Of a stretch of 64,000 bases of DNA, positions 1 through 9,866 are shown in pieces. The position numbers were made by a program, and so were the translations under genes. This DNA comes from Amphiscolops sp. MND2022 (taxonomy: Eukaryota): positions 7,194,001 through 7,258,000 of the forward strand of contig OZ076409.1 in the NCBI GenBank assembly GCA_964187785.1, in the 5' to 3' direction. The notes under the pieces are model-generated. The model did not search any database. It saw only the letters and a list, made by a program, of their open reading frames with translations, and was not told where the DNA came from. Position 1 is the stretch's first letter; the number at the start of each line of letters is the position of its first letter.

Positions 1-3000
1 CTCCCAAGTTCGTGCAAGACCAATCATGAACTACAGAGAGTGCTTCCAGCACAGTCACCGGGTTCTCGAACGTATATGTGTATCTGTCCAGCAGGCGTAT
101 TTTGGCTTGGCGACAGAAAGTAATAGCTAGTAGCTGTAACCAATGTTGACTAAGGAATTTCCCGCGATAGATATCTGCTAGATGGAAACACAGCGTGTCC
201 TCGAACTCTACAAGTGTACGCAAGTTCTCTAAACAAATCAATAGAGTTCCTGGATTCACTGGTGATGTTTCGTCCAAGGAGGTGACCAATAGCCACCACC
301 CAGCCGTTGGATGATACACATCTCCAGGAGGGGAGGTCACACCATATTGTTGCCACAGCTTCTGCGCGGGGATACAGCGTACCATTGCTACTTTCGTGTC
401 TTCTGGCTCTATTTTTCCAAACACCATCGATGGTGGGAGTGGGGGAATGATAGCAGCTAACGTAAATTCCAATCCACTCTTGTCGTGGCACGACCACTCC
501 TTGAACCGATAGGTGGGACAGTCTGAGGGTGATGTTCCTTGCATGGCTCTTAGTGTGGTTTCCAGGGGTGGAACCACACCTGGTCCAATGCTCGAGTACG
601 TCTTTTCTATTGAAATTACAACATGATGTACTTGTGGAACATCCTGGTCCTTTGCGTGTATGGACCTGATTGTATGTTGTATATGGTCTTCGAATATTTC
701 GGTGTCGGCTAAGTCAAGAGCAGGAGCGTCCACTCCCCGGGCCAATCGCTTGTCCGGTGTTTTCATTTCAACTAGGTTGACGCAACTACAGTTGCGGGAA
801 CCACAGGTTCCACACCTGTATCGTGGTGCTCTGTTACGTCGTAGCTGATAAGGTGGGGCTTGTGAAGGGGTTGGTTGCTCCGCTTCTCGTTGCTCTGGCG
901 ATATGCTTTCCGCTATGTTGGGTAATGTCATTGCACGTTCCAAAGTTTGAGACTGAGCTCTGGCTCTTACTCGGCCTCTCGCTCGCGTGTAAGGTCTGTG
1001 CGCTCTTGTAAGTGTTCTGCTTGATGAAGTGGTACTTCCTCTTCTACGACCTGGAGGTCTGCCTCTTGGTCTGCCTCTTCTAGTTGCAGTTCTCCCTGAT
1101 GAGGGTAACGTTTCCATGCTTTGACCGGGTTCTTGAATTTCTCTGTCAGTTCCTTCTTGGGGTTCGGCTTCCTCGGCAAGTTCTAGTCCTACCGAGCTAC
1201 CAGCTCGAGAACTGAACAGTGGGAAATTATTCAATGTATCGGTTAAAGCCGGGTTCGAAAGCAATGGTGCGGACGTTCCTGACGGTGAAGGTACCAAGCT
1301 TGGTGCTGGTTCAGGTAAGACTTCCTCTTGATCGGAATACAGCGGTTCTAGGTCATCAATATCAGGATGAACCATTGGTTGCTGTGGTTCTTCAATGGGT
1401 TGATCCATTGGTTCTCTGTCAGATTCCGACTCAGACGGATATCCAAAGTGACTGAATCGTCTACGTGGGATTCCTCGTTCCAGAGCGGACTGAGTACGTG
1501 TCTGAATCGTGCGCGGTGGGACAGGCGCGGTTGGTTCCATTTCGAACGATGCCTCCGGCAGTTGTTCTGGAAGAAATGAGTCTCGTGATATATCTGACGT
1601 TATCTCCTCATTGCTTTCTTCCACGTATGGATCTGCGACGATGGCTACATTCTGGTCTAACCCGAAGGGTTGATGTGCTGCCCAATCCCATGGCGCTGGC
1701 ACATGCTTCTTCAGACGCTCAAAATGAACCTTTTGACCTGTATCCAAAACGTACAATCTTCCATCTTGTAACACATCCGTGACCTTGTGAGGTCCACGCC
1801 AGGCACGAAGAAGTTTGCGGGTACCGCCCTTGGGGATTATGTGGCAAAAAACCCAAACGGCATCACCCACGGCGTGAGCTTTTGCCTTCAAATGCCTGTC
1901 AAACTTCTGTTTTTGTCGTATTTGCGCCTGATGAATGTTTCGGCGAACAAGCTCGTGGATTTCTTGTTGTCTGGCAAGTAGGTGCTCTACAATTTCTTCT
2001 TTTGATTCGAACTCTCGCGCTGCGAATTCTGGGTATATAAACGAGAGCGGAATGGATTTTTCTGCGCCATGTTGGAGCATATACGGGGAAAATCCGGTTG
2101 TTGCATGTCTAGTCGAATTGTAGGCACCCAAGACTCCGTCTATGTGCTCATCCCAGTCAAGCATTCTGCGAGACGTGTAGACTCGGAGCAAGGTCAGTAA
2201 CGTTCGGTTCTGGCGTTCCACTAAACCATTGCCTCTCGGATGAGCTGGAGTAGACGTTACCTTGGTCACTTGCGAAGCTTTCATCAATTCTTGAGCAATT
2301 TCGGCAGTGAAATTGGTGGCATTGTCCGACTGCATCCTGGCAGGAGTGCAATGTCTCGCGAACCATTTATTCAGGATGATCTTTGCAGTCGTCTGGGCGT
2401 CGTATTCACCATGTGCACATGGGATTGCCTCTGCAAACTTGGTAAAATGGTCGATGATGACTAGCAATCCATTATTTCCTGACGTTGTCTTGCACAATTT
2501 CAAATGGTCAAATTGCACCAGGTCATTAAAATTGCTGCTGTTGATACTCTGTAGGGGGTAACAGGGATTCCCAGCGGGATGCTTCGTCTGTTGGCATGTT
2601 AAGCAATGCTTAATATGATTGACGACATCACGCTTGATGCCTGGCCAAGTGTGGCGCTCTTGTATCCTCGCCAATACTTTGCCAACGCCTCGGTGTCCTG
2701 ATTCATCATGCGCTCTGTACAAGATTTCATGCTGGTAGAGCTGGGGCATGACAATCATACACGGTCGTACGTGCATCGCGCGTTGCTGCGGAATGTAATT
2801 GACACATAAAATGTCATTTTGGTTCAAGAACAGTAGGTCTTTTTTCTGATGAAAGTACCGTTTGGCAAAGTCTTGCACATCCTCGGGGAACAAAGCGTCA
2901 TCCAATGGCTCGTTCTTCATGAGCTTCTTCAGCGCTAGAAGGTGAACATCCCTGTTTTGAGCTAGATGTAGATCCTTTAATCCACGCATTGTCGACTGAT

Positions 3001-6000
3001 GCTCGTGAAGCTCAGTCCCAACTAGCCTAAGGACATCAGCTTGTTCTTGACACTGCATTGGCAATCTACGCAACGCTGGGTCGCGTTTGGTGGTGTCAAG
3101 ACGTGCCGCTGGCACTTTGGTTGTTACACTAAGGATACAATTTGGTCTGTCGTTTTCGGTTGATGTCGGAGTGGTTTCCCATTGCACCTGTGGATACCAC
3201 GGTATGGAGCTCGAAGACTGATCTGAGGTTAGATCCTCCTTTGGTGACTTCTTCAAAATATACAGCACGGGGAGTTGTGCTCGAGCTTCGGGCGGAAGCT
3301 CCGGATGGTTTCGGATGAATTTTCCGTGTTTGTCAATATATGGCACAGTGGGGAGTTCTTCGTAGTCTTTCTGGGACATGAAGCTGAATCCCTTACTCAC
3401 TTCTGGTAGAGCTTCCACAATCTTTTCCCGATGCACGTAGTCATTGGTCCTTTTGCTAAGACCGTCTGCATTTCGGTGTTGCGTGCGTGGTCTGTGGATC
3501 GTCTTGAAGTGATATTGGTCGAGGCGCGCAATCCAGCGTCCAATCATGGCCTGATCCATTGAATATGTCTTCAGCCACGAGAGAGCCTGGTTGTCCACGC
3601 GCAGCGTGAATTCCCGACCTGCAAGGTAGGAATGAAACTTCTCGATAAAATAGAATACTGCATACATTTCCAGCTTCGGGGCGCCATAATTCATTTGTGT
3701 TCGATTCAGTGACTTGCTGCCATAAACGATGGGACGAAGAATGGTTTTCCCTTTGTATTGTTGTTCTTGGTGCAGTATGCCGGCTATAGCAACTGCACTG
3801 GCATCTGTGTCCAAAACAAAACGTCCTTCTTCGTTTGGCGCTGCCAAAGCTGTGGCATCGGCTAATGCCTGTTTCACTGAGTCAAACGCTTCTTGATGTT
3901 TTTCTTTCCAGTAGAAGTGTTGGTTCTTCCTTAACAACTCCTGCATAGGTTGCACCTTAGCAGCGTGAAAAGGAATGAAGTCTCGGTAGTAGTTCGCAAA
4001 TCCGAGGAAGCTTTGAAGTTCTTCTTTATTTCTCGGGGGCATCCATTCTTGGATTTTGCTAACAGCTGCCGGGTCTGGTTTTATGCCTTCGGCTGAGACT
4101 ACCCGTCCGAGGTATTTGGTTTCAGTGCGCATGAAATCACACTTCTCGGCTCGCATCTTGAAACCTGCCTCTCTGAGACACTCGAACACTTCTCTGATCC
4201 TCTCCAAATGATCTTCAATTGTTTCGGTGGCAATTACTATGTCGTCAATGTATGCCATGACAACACTTCCATGGCGTTGTTGAATCTTCTGAAGAGCTCT
4301 CGTGATCGACCGCTGAAATGTGGCCGATGCATTGCAAAGCCCAAAGGGCATTCGTCGCCATTCGAACAGTCCAAGCTCGCACGCGAGCGCGGTCTTTCTG
4401 CGGTCACGTTTCTTCAGTGGAATCTGCCAAAAGGCCCACGCTAAGTCGATGCTCGTGAAGATTTTTGCATTCGCGATCCTTGAAAGACTTTCATCTATCC
4501 TGGGCAGTGGGAACGCGTCTTTCACTGTTACATCGTTCAGCGGGCGGAAGTCACAGCAAAAGCGAAGCTCGCCTGATTTCTTTTTCACCATGACAATCCC
4601 ACTAGCCCACGGCGAGTAAGAGGGTTGAATCAAACCTAGAGCTAACAAATTCTGCACTTCTTGGTTTGCTTTGGCTGCTTTGTCGGGAGACATGCGCCTT
4701 GCCCCTTCTCTGTGTGGTATAGCCTCCGGCTCTAGCTCTATGCGATGTTTCGCAATTTTGCATCGTCCTATGTCGGATTTATTTTTCATGAACAGGTCAT
4801 CGTATTCACTCAAAACGCTCGCTAATTTGTCTCTCGCCCCTTCCCCCCAAGAAGAAAGGACGGAAGAGAGGTCGGGGCCTGGGATCGGCTTCAGCAATAG
4901 TGGATCTGTCCTTTTGCGTTTTTCATTTTCCGAAAGGCCCATCTCTGACGGCTCAGTTGAAGACAAAAAGTTCTGTGCAAAGGAACTAAACTCTGAACTC
5001 GTGTCCAAATCTAAGTCTCTGTGCACTTGATTCACAAATTCGGCTGAAAGCTTCGAAGCTTCACGACTGTCTTGAATGGGAACGGAGTTGAACACAAAAT
5101 TGGTGAGCACCGCTTTCCCAACTACGGTTTGTTCCTTGATTCTTACCCCTTCTTTAGCAGTTTGGTTTCTTAGGGCTAAAAAAACTACACCGTCTTCTCC
5201 CACGGAAGTAAGTGTATCTTCTGAATCAAACAATGAGTTGGACCTAATGCTACATGGGTGCACCATTACGTTACGAAAATGAAACTCGTTGGGCTGCTGC
5301 GTTATGATCTTCGCGCGCACAACTTTTCGTTCGAAAGGCCCTAAAGTAACCTCCTCGGCAGAAACAACGAATGATGGCTCTTGGTCACTGACCTCGTGAA
5401 CTGCTTTGAAGATCCTAGGCGTTTCCGGGTCACGGATGGTTACTTTCATGGCAGCCAGGTCCACCAACACGTTGTATGTGCGCAAGAAGTTCCGACCCAG
5501 GAGAAAATCCTCTGAACCAATGTGATCGGCTATGACTACAAAGTTGGTCTTCAGAGTATGTCCGCCAAGCTGAAAGCTTACGTCTTCGGCTATTCCAACG
5601 GTGGTGATGGTCTTGCCATTGGCAGCGAAGAGTTCAAGATCGTACGGTGACAGGTTCAGTTCATGCTGGGGTGCAATTTTCTTGTACGCGCTCAATGAGA
5701 GGATGGAGACTCCCGAACCGGTGTCTATCATGCCGAAGAGTGGTATCGGCTTTTGCAAAGTAGTTCCGAATGCAACGACTAGCGAGGCTCGCTCATCAAT
5801 CTGGGCCTCTCCTTGTGCATCCTGCACTCCGATGTTATAACAGCGCAGTTCTTGCCTGCCCAAGTACAGTCCCTGCGGAAAGTGTCCTTCCAGGACAACA
5901 ATCGCGTCGAATTTCATGTCGACACCATCAACCGTGATTGCAATGGGGACTGGCGCGATTGTTTTGACCTTGTGTATTTGGGCTAGCTTGGTCTCGTCAT

Positions 6001-8722
6001 CTCTAGTAAAATGCGGTAAGGGTCTCGAAGCTATCGTGAGACTGGTATTGCGGCGAAGTTCCTCTTTTAGTTGTGCCAACGTGAGGTTTGGACGTGCTTT
6101 TTGTTCTGCTGATAATAGCAAGTGGATAGAAATTAAAGTCTCAGTACAATCAGGTGCTGGGGCTTCAAGCGTCGTCAAGATTTGTTTTTCACCGCAAGTC
6201 ACAACCACAGGACGTGAGGGGCCTCCTTCTTCTGAAATTGAGATCACCCGTATTTGATCATCAGTATCAATAATGTCCGCGGAATTCGCGACAGGGGCGT
6301 ACCACGCCGCTTTCACTTGTTCTTCTGTTGCTGCATTCCCAGGCGCCATGCATTCGGATGCAGTGTTGCCCGTGCAATCAAAAGTGACGCGTAGTGTGGG
6401 CGGTGCTTGTGCTGGTAGTGCCGCAGGCACAACGTCGTTATTCATGCCCTGAGAGTTAGAAGGACAAGACCATTCACCAGCTGGGTTTGTTCGACATGAA
6501 GTAACTAGTTGAGGCACTGGTTTGCGTGCGCGATCTTTCAAAGTGCAATCGGCAACAAAATGTGACGGGTCGCCACAATTGACACACGCTCTAGATGGCT
6601 TCGGTGGTTGCTGTCGAACAACCACTGGCTGTGGAGGTAGCTGCCCATTAGGCGCTTGAGGAGCCGCTGCCGGTATCGGGTTTTGGTGGCTAGCAAGTAA
6701 CGGCTCTTGGTGTTGCTGAGGCGCTGGATAGTTCTCAGAGCGGATGGGGCCGCGCATATGCAAGTATTGTTGTACCGTGAACCGTAGTGCTTCCACTGTT
6801 GGAGGTGTATCCACGTACTGTTCTTGTGCGTACATGAGTGCGAGATTTCGCTTCAACTCAAAGCTGCGTACCCCTTCAATGAACCTCTGCATGATTTCGT
6901 AACGCCTTACAGTAACGTCCTCGTTAGGAAAACCTTGGCTGCGCAAACCTTCAAGAGCGTCAAGACATTGCATATAGTCTTCGTTGTCGGACTGATTGCG
7001 TGTACGGAACTGCTGTTGTATTTGGAACTTGCTAGATCCGGTTCCAAATCGACGCGCTAGTAGCGCAAAGACTTTTTCATCCGTGTCGCGCTCAGCCTCG
7101 GATTTGTTCATGATGTAGTCTTGTGCCTCATTCTCTAGGAATTCAACGATGGTCCATGCTCTGTCCAGTGGAGTATCCTTTGCGTGTGCTTTCTCCAAAT
7201 AACGTTTCATGAGCATTAGCCAACCATCTATTATCCCGTCGCGCGTACCGCGGTATTTTGTTGGTATATTTTTGGCTTCTTTTGCTGCTAGCAATGGTTC
7301 CAAACCCTTGGACATCGCGGTTGTTATTGCTTCGGCTAACGCTTGCCCATGTATTGTGTTCGGTGTATTGCTTTTTGCAGCATCTTCTACTGTTTCTGGA
7401 TTCAATTTTCTTTGATCGGGTTTCGTTCTGCTCTGGCGCTGAACTACTTCTCTATTGGTGGGTTGCTGAATTGAAGATTCATTAGTGGATGGTACGTTCG
7501 CAGGGTTTAGTGCCACCGGCACAGGTGAAGGACGACTTGGTACCGTCGCCACTACAGCTTTTACCCCTAGGGTCAACTCTTGAACTGTAGTCATGAGGTC
7601 CACCATGCGCTTGTCGACATCTATGTCTCTGCGATGCATAGTTTCGGAAAAGAGCGTCAGTCGTTCATCGGCTTGGTGATCTCTTTGCGCCATTATCGCA
7701 GTCATTTCCGATATGAGCTTTTCAGTTAAACCCTTGACTGATGCCATTGAGGTTTCCATTTTGCCCTGATTGATGTGCCCTTCCATCTTCATTTCAATTA
7801 CTCCTCTTCTCAGTTCCTCCATTTCTTTCATTAAGACTTCAGCTGGCTGAGCATGGTCACCATTCTCTTGGACTAAATTGGCTTGGACTTGTTTCAACTG
7901 TGCTAAGCTCCGTCCCAAGTCTTTCCTTGTGGCTTCAGTTTCCTTGATGCAGCCAGTGATGGTCGAGCTTGGGGACGCTATGCTATCTGAGCCTGAATAT
8001 TGGGAAATTGCCGTCCCTCCTAGTTGGAAGGTACTAGGGCCTAGCAGAGGTGATGTGGTTAAGGTATAGTTCTGGAAGTTCACCTCTTTTATTGTCTCCC
8101 GCTTTCCCAGCTGGTTTCCTGGAGGAGTACTTGCGGTGTCAGCAACAGCGTTCCTACTAGCAGCAAACACAGGAACTCCGGAACCCAGCGGGTCCACATC
8201 CAGACTCACTTGTGGTGTAATCTCTCCAAAGGCCGTGCCTGCATTCATGTTCTCTACCCATTTGCTGATGTCCGAGCTAGTAGCTTGTTCTCCATTCGAA
8301 TTTGGCCAATCTGCCCAGGCAATCGCAGAGTTATTCACGGGAGGCCAGACGCTGCCACAGTTCATGGCAGTGCCATTTGCAAAGTAAGCGCTATCCGAAG
8401 ATGCTCGAGAGGAGTTTAGTTGGCTGATGTATGCCATTTGCGAGTTTTGCTCGGCATTTGACATGTTAATTGACATGACGTCGCATAAGAACATGTTCGC
8501 AATCATGTCATCCGCTGCTATCTCAGCACGTGCACTAAGCCTAGACAACTCCTCTACATCGCTTGCAAATGGATTCGTAGCGTGGAAGCCACTAGACTGC
8601 CTGTTCGACTCATTCAAAGACTTCAGATACTCAATCTCGCCTGATTTCATGCTCGATGGACTGCTCTGACTACTGTTTCCTCTGGTAACCCAGCTTTTGA
8701 ACAGGGCTTTGGCTTTTTTCAT
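1..8722 (-). CDS. Single-ORF Gag-Pol polyprotein, >=2907 aa, open at window edge
   Basis: ATG at 8722 (in-frame TGA two codons upstream). The segments I translated by hand are open down to base 1, and the ORF track lists nothing in this frame. Motifs: CVNCGDPSHFVADC (~6545-6590), MIDTGSG (~5720), AYIDD (~4245), LDTDAS (~3800), HDESGH...CLTC (~2590-2710), QSDNA (~2325), GLVER (~2215), WTGPH (~1790). Confidence 0.92.
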   Translation of the reverse strand, partial: MKKAKALFKSWVTRGNSSQSSPSSMKSGEIEYLKSLNESNRQSSGFHATNPFASDVEELSRLSARAEIAADDMIANMFLCDVMSINMSNAEQNSQMAYISQLNSSRASSDSAYFANGTAMNCGSVWPPVNNSAIAWADWPNSNGEQATSSDISKWVENMNAGTAFGEITPQVSLDVDPLGSGVPVFAASRNAVADTASTPPGNQLGKRETIKEVNFQNYTLTTSPLLGPSTFQLGGTAISQYSGSDSIASPSSTITGCIKETEATRKDLGRSLAQLKQVQANLVQENGDHAQPAEVLMKEMEELRRGVIEMKMEGHINQGKMETSMASVKGLTEKLISEMTAIMAQRDHQADERLTLFSETMHRRDIDVDKRMVDLMTTVQELTLGVKAVVATVPSRPSPVPVALNPANVPSTNESSIQQPTNREVVQRQSRTKPDQRKLNPETVEDAAKSNTPNTIHGQALAEAITTAMSKGLEPLLAAKEAKNIPTKYRGTRDGIIDGWLMLMKRYLEKAHAKDTPLDRAWTIVEFLENEAQDYIMNKSEAERDTDEKVFALLARRFGTGSSKFQIQQQFRTRNQSDNEDYMQCLDALEGLRSQGFPNEDVTVRRYEIMQRFIEGVRSFELKRNLALMYAQEQYVDTPPTVEALRFTVQQYLHMRGPIRSENYPAPQQHQEPLLASHQNPIPAAAPQAPNGQLPPQPVVVRQQPPKPSRACVNCGDPSHFVADCTLKDRARKPVPQLVTSCRTNPAGEWSCPSNSQGMNNDVVPAALPAQAPPTLRVTFDCTGNTASECMAPGNAATEEQVKAAWYAPVANSADIIDTDDQIRVISISEEGGPSRPVVVTCGEKQILTTLEAPAPDCTETLISIHLLLSAEQKARPNLTLAQLKEELRRNTSLTIASRPLPHFTRDDETKLAQIHKVKTIAPVPIAITVDGVDMKFDAIVVLEGHFPQGLYLGRQELRCYNIGVQDAQGEAQIDERASLVVAFGTTLQKPIPLFGMIDTGSGVSILSLSAYKKIAPQHELNLSPYDLELFAANGKTITTVGIAEDVSFQLGGHTLKTNFVVIADHIGSEDFLLGRNFLRTYNVLVDLAAMKVTIRDPETPRIFKAVHEVSDQEPSFVVSAEEVTLGPFERKVVRAKIITQQPNEFHFRNVMVHPCSIRSNSLFDSEDTLTSVGEDGVVFLALRNQTAKEGVRIKEQTVVGKAVLTNFVFNSVPIQDSREASKLSAEFVNQVHRDLDLDTSSEFSSFAQNFLSSTEPSEMGLSENEKRKRTDPLLLKPIPGPDLSSVLSSWGEGARDKLASVLSEYDDLFMKNKSDIGRCKIAKHRIELEPEAIPHREGARRMSPDKAAKANQEVQNLLALGLIQPSYSPWASGIVMVKKKSGELRFCCDFRPLNDVTVKDAFPLPRIDESLSRIANAKIFTSIDLAWAFWQIPLKKRDRRKTALACELGLFEWRRMPFGLCNASATFQRSITRALQKIQQRHGSVVMAYIDDIVIATETIEDHLERIREVFECLREAGFKMRAEKCDFMRTETKYLGRVVSAEGIKPDPAAVSKIQEWMPPRNKEELQSFLGFANYYRDFIPFHAAKVQPMQELLRKNQHFYWKEKHQEAFDSVKQALADATALAAPNEEGRFVLDTDASAVAIAGILHQEQQYKGKTILRPIVYGSKSLNRTQMNYGAPKLEMYAVFYFIEKFHSYLAGREFTLRVDNQALSWLKTYSMDQAMIGRWIARLDQYHFKTIHRPRTQHRNADGLSKRTNDYVHREKIVEALPEVSKGFSFMSQKDYEELPTVPYIDKHGKFIRNHPELPPEARAQLPVLYILKKSPKEDLTSDQSSSSIPWYPQVQWETTPTSTENDRPNCILSVTTKVPAARLDTTKRDPALRRLPMQCQEQADVLRLVGTELHEHQSTMRGLKDLHLAQNRDVHLLALKKLMKNEPLDDALFPEDVQDFAKRYFHQKKDLLFLNQNDILCVNYIPQQRAMHVRPCMIVMPQLYQHEILYRAHDESGHRGVGKVLARIQERHTWPGIKRDVVNHIKHCLTCQQTKHPAGNPCYPLQSINSSNFNDLVQFDHLKLCKTTSGNNGLLVIIDHFTKFAEAIPCAHGEYDAQTTAKIILNKWFARHCTPARMQSDNATNFTAEIAQELMKASQVTKVTSTPAHPRGNGLVERQNRTLLTLLRVYTSRRMLDWDEHIDGVLGAYNSTRHATTGFSPYMLQHGAEKSIPLSFIYPEFAAREFESKEEIVEHLLARQQEIHELVRRNIHQAQIRQKQKFDRHLKAKAHAVGDAVWVFCHIIPKGGTRKLLRAWRGPHKVTDVLQDGRLYVLDTGQKVHFERLKKHVPAPWDWAAHQPFGLDQNVAIVADPYVEESNEEITSDISRDSFLPEQLPEASFEMEPTAPVPPRTIQTRTQSALERGIPRRRFSHFGYPSESESDREPMDQPIEEPQQPMVHPDIDDLEPLYSDQEEVLPEPAPSLVPSPSGTSAPLLSNPALTDTLNNFPLFSSRAGSSVGLELAEEAEPQEGTDREIQEPGQSMETLPSSGRTATRRGRPRGRPPGRRRGSTTSSSRTLTRAHRPYTRARGRVRARAQSQTLERAMTLPNIAESISPEQREAEQPTPSQAPPYQLRRNRAPRYRCGTCGSRNCSCVNLVEMKTPDKRLARGVDAPALDLADTEIFEDHIQHTIRSIHAKDQDVPQVHHVVISIEKTYSSIGPGVVPPLETTLRAMQGTSPSDCPTYRFKEWSCHDKSGLEFTLAAIIPPLPPSMVFGKIEPEDTKVAMVRCIPAQKLWQQYGVTSPPGDVYHPTAGWWLLVTSLDETSPVNPGTLLICLENLRTLVEFEDTLCFHLADIYRGKFLSQHWLQLLAITFCRQAKIRLLDRYTYTFENPVTVLEALSVVHDWSCTNLG

Positions 8723-9850
8723 TACTCACTCTATTCTTCTTTGTGCAAAGTCAAACGCAAGACAAACAAAAATAGGAAGTTTTCGATGTACTCCCTAACT
8801 ATTATTTAAACTAAACTATGGGACCACTACGTTCTGGAGCTTGCAGCTCGTGATTGCTTTCTAGATTCTAAATCGAAAATAGCTGGCCTTCACAAACCTC
8901 AGACTCCAGATTACATGCACTAATTAGAACAGAAAGGTTTGCTTCCCCACTAACTGGAGATAGTTATCCTACGAAAAGTTAAAATTAAGCCTTTTAAGTT
9001 TTTTTTTGAGGTACTTTGACAAGCTACTTGCACTAAACTACGCTTAATCCAGCCACAGGCTACGCGGTTGGAGCGAACAAAAAGGTTTTGGCACGCTAGC
9101 AAGGTTTTACGGAGGTTTATTCAAGAAATCATCGTACTTTGCTTCACAAACGTGTTTTATGTTACTCGCACTGCCCTTTAATAAGAGAGCACGAGAGGGA
9201 TTACTACAAAAAGGGGAATTGGGGAATAGACCTTGGGGGTGAGCAAATGTCAGGACACCTTCGAACGAGAGGGTTTTCCCAATCTGATCGTAGCACGATC
9301 AATAGAAATACAGATCTTCACTATTTCAAATGCTACTACACTCAATTTTCTGTCTTGAGACGCACCGCGTCCGAAGTCTAAGTCTCCTAGAAAACTCCTA
9401 GATGCGTTCTAGCTTTCTCACGTCATTTCTCAGTCGAGGCCAACGTGGCTATAGCTATTAGCTCGTACTTAGGTGACTTCGGTGGCCGTTAGTAGAGAAA
9501 ACACGTTTTTTGTGTTTTTCACTCCTATGTCTCGTCAACAGTTTTTCACAAACCCAGGATCTCAGGGTTGAGCTAGCTGGAATCTGATTACCTCGGCAGG
9601 ACGTGCTATGGGTGCCTGGTGTAGAATTAGGGTCGTTTGAGCCCTTTCTTGCAACTACACTTACGAAAAATATGTGAATTTTCGCAAAATTTCTCAAAAT
9701 CAGCAATTTTTTTCACCAAAGTGCACGCCTGGGGATGGTGAAAATCACTTCTAGAGCTAGTAGCGACCTGAAAATTTAACACGGTATACTACAGTGGCTA
9801 AATCGTGGGAAACTAACCGCCGATTGCGCCAAAATTGTTTCCTCGTGACT

Positions 9851-9865
9851 CAGGGTCGCTCACCA
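9851..9865 (-). promoter_or_regulatory. Primer binding site of element 1
   Basis: Minus strand reads ...GTAACA-T-TGGTGAGCGACCCTG. Cognate tRNA not identified. Confidence 0.7.
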
Positions 9866-9866
9866 A

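Noticed and set aside
660..8669. Many short plus-strand ORFs in the track
   Set aside because: Antisense shadows of the minus-strand gag-pol ORF.
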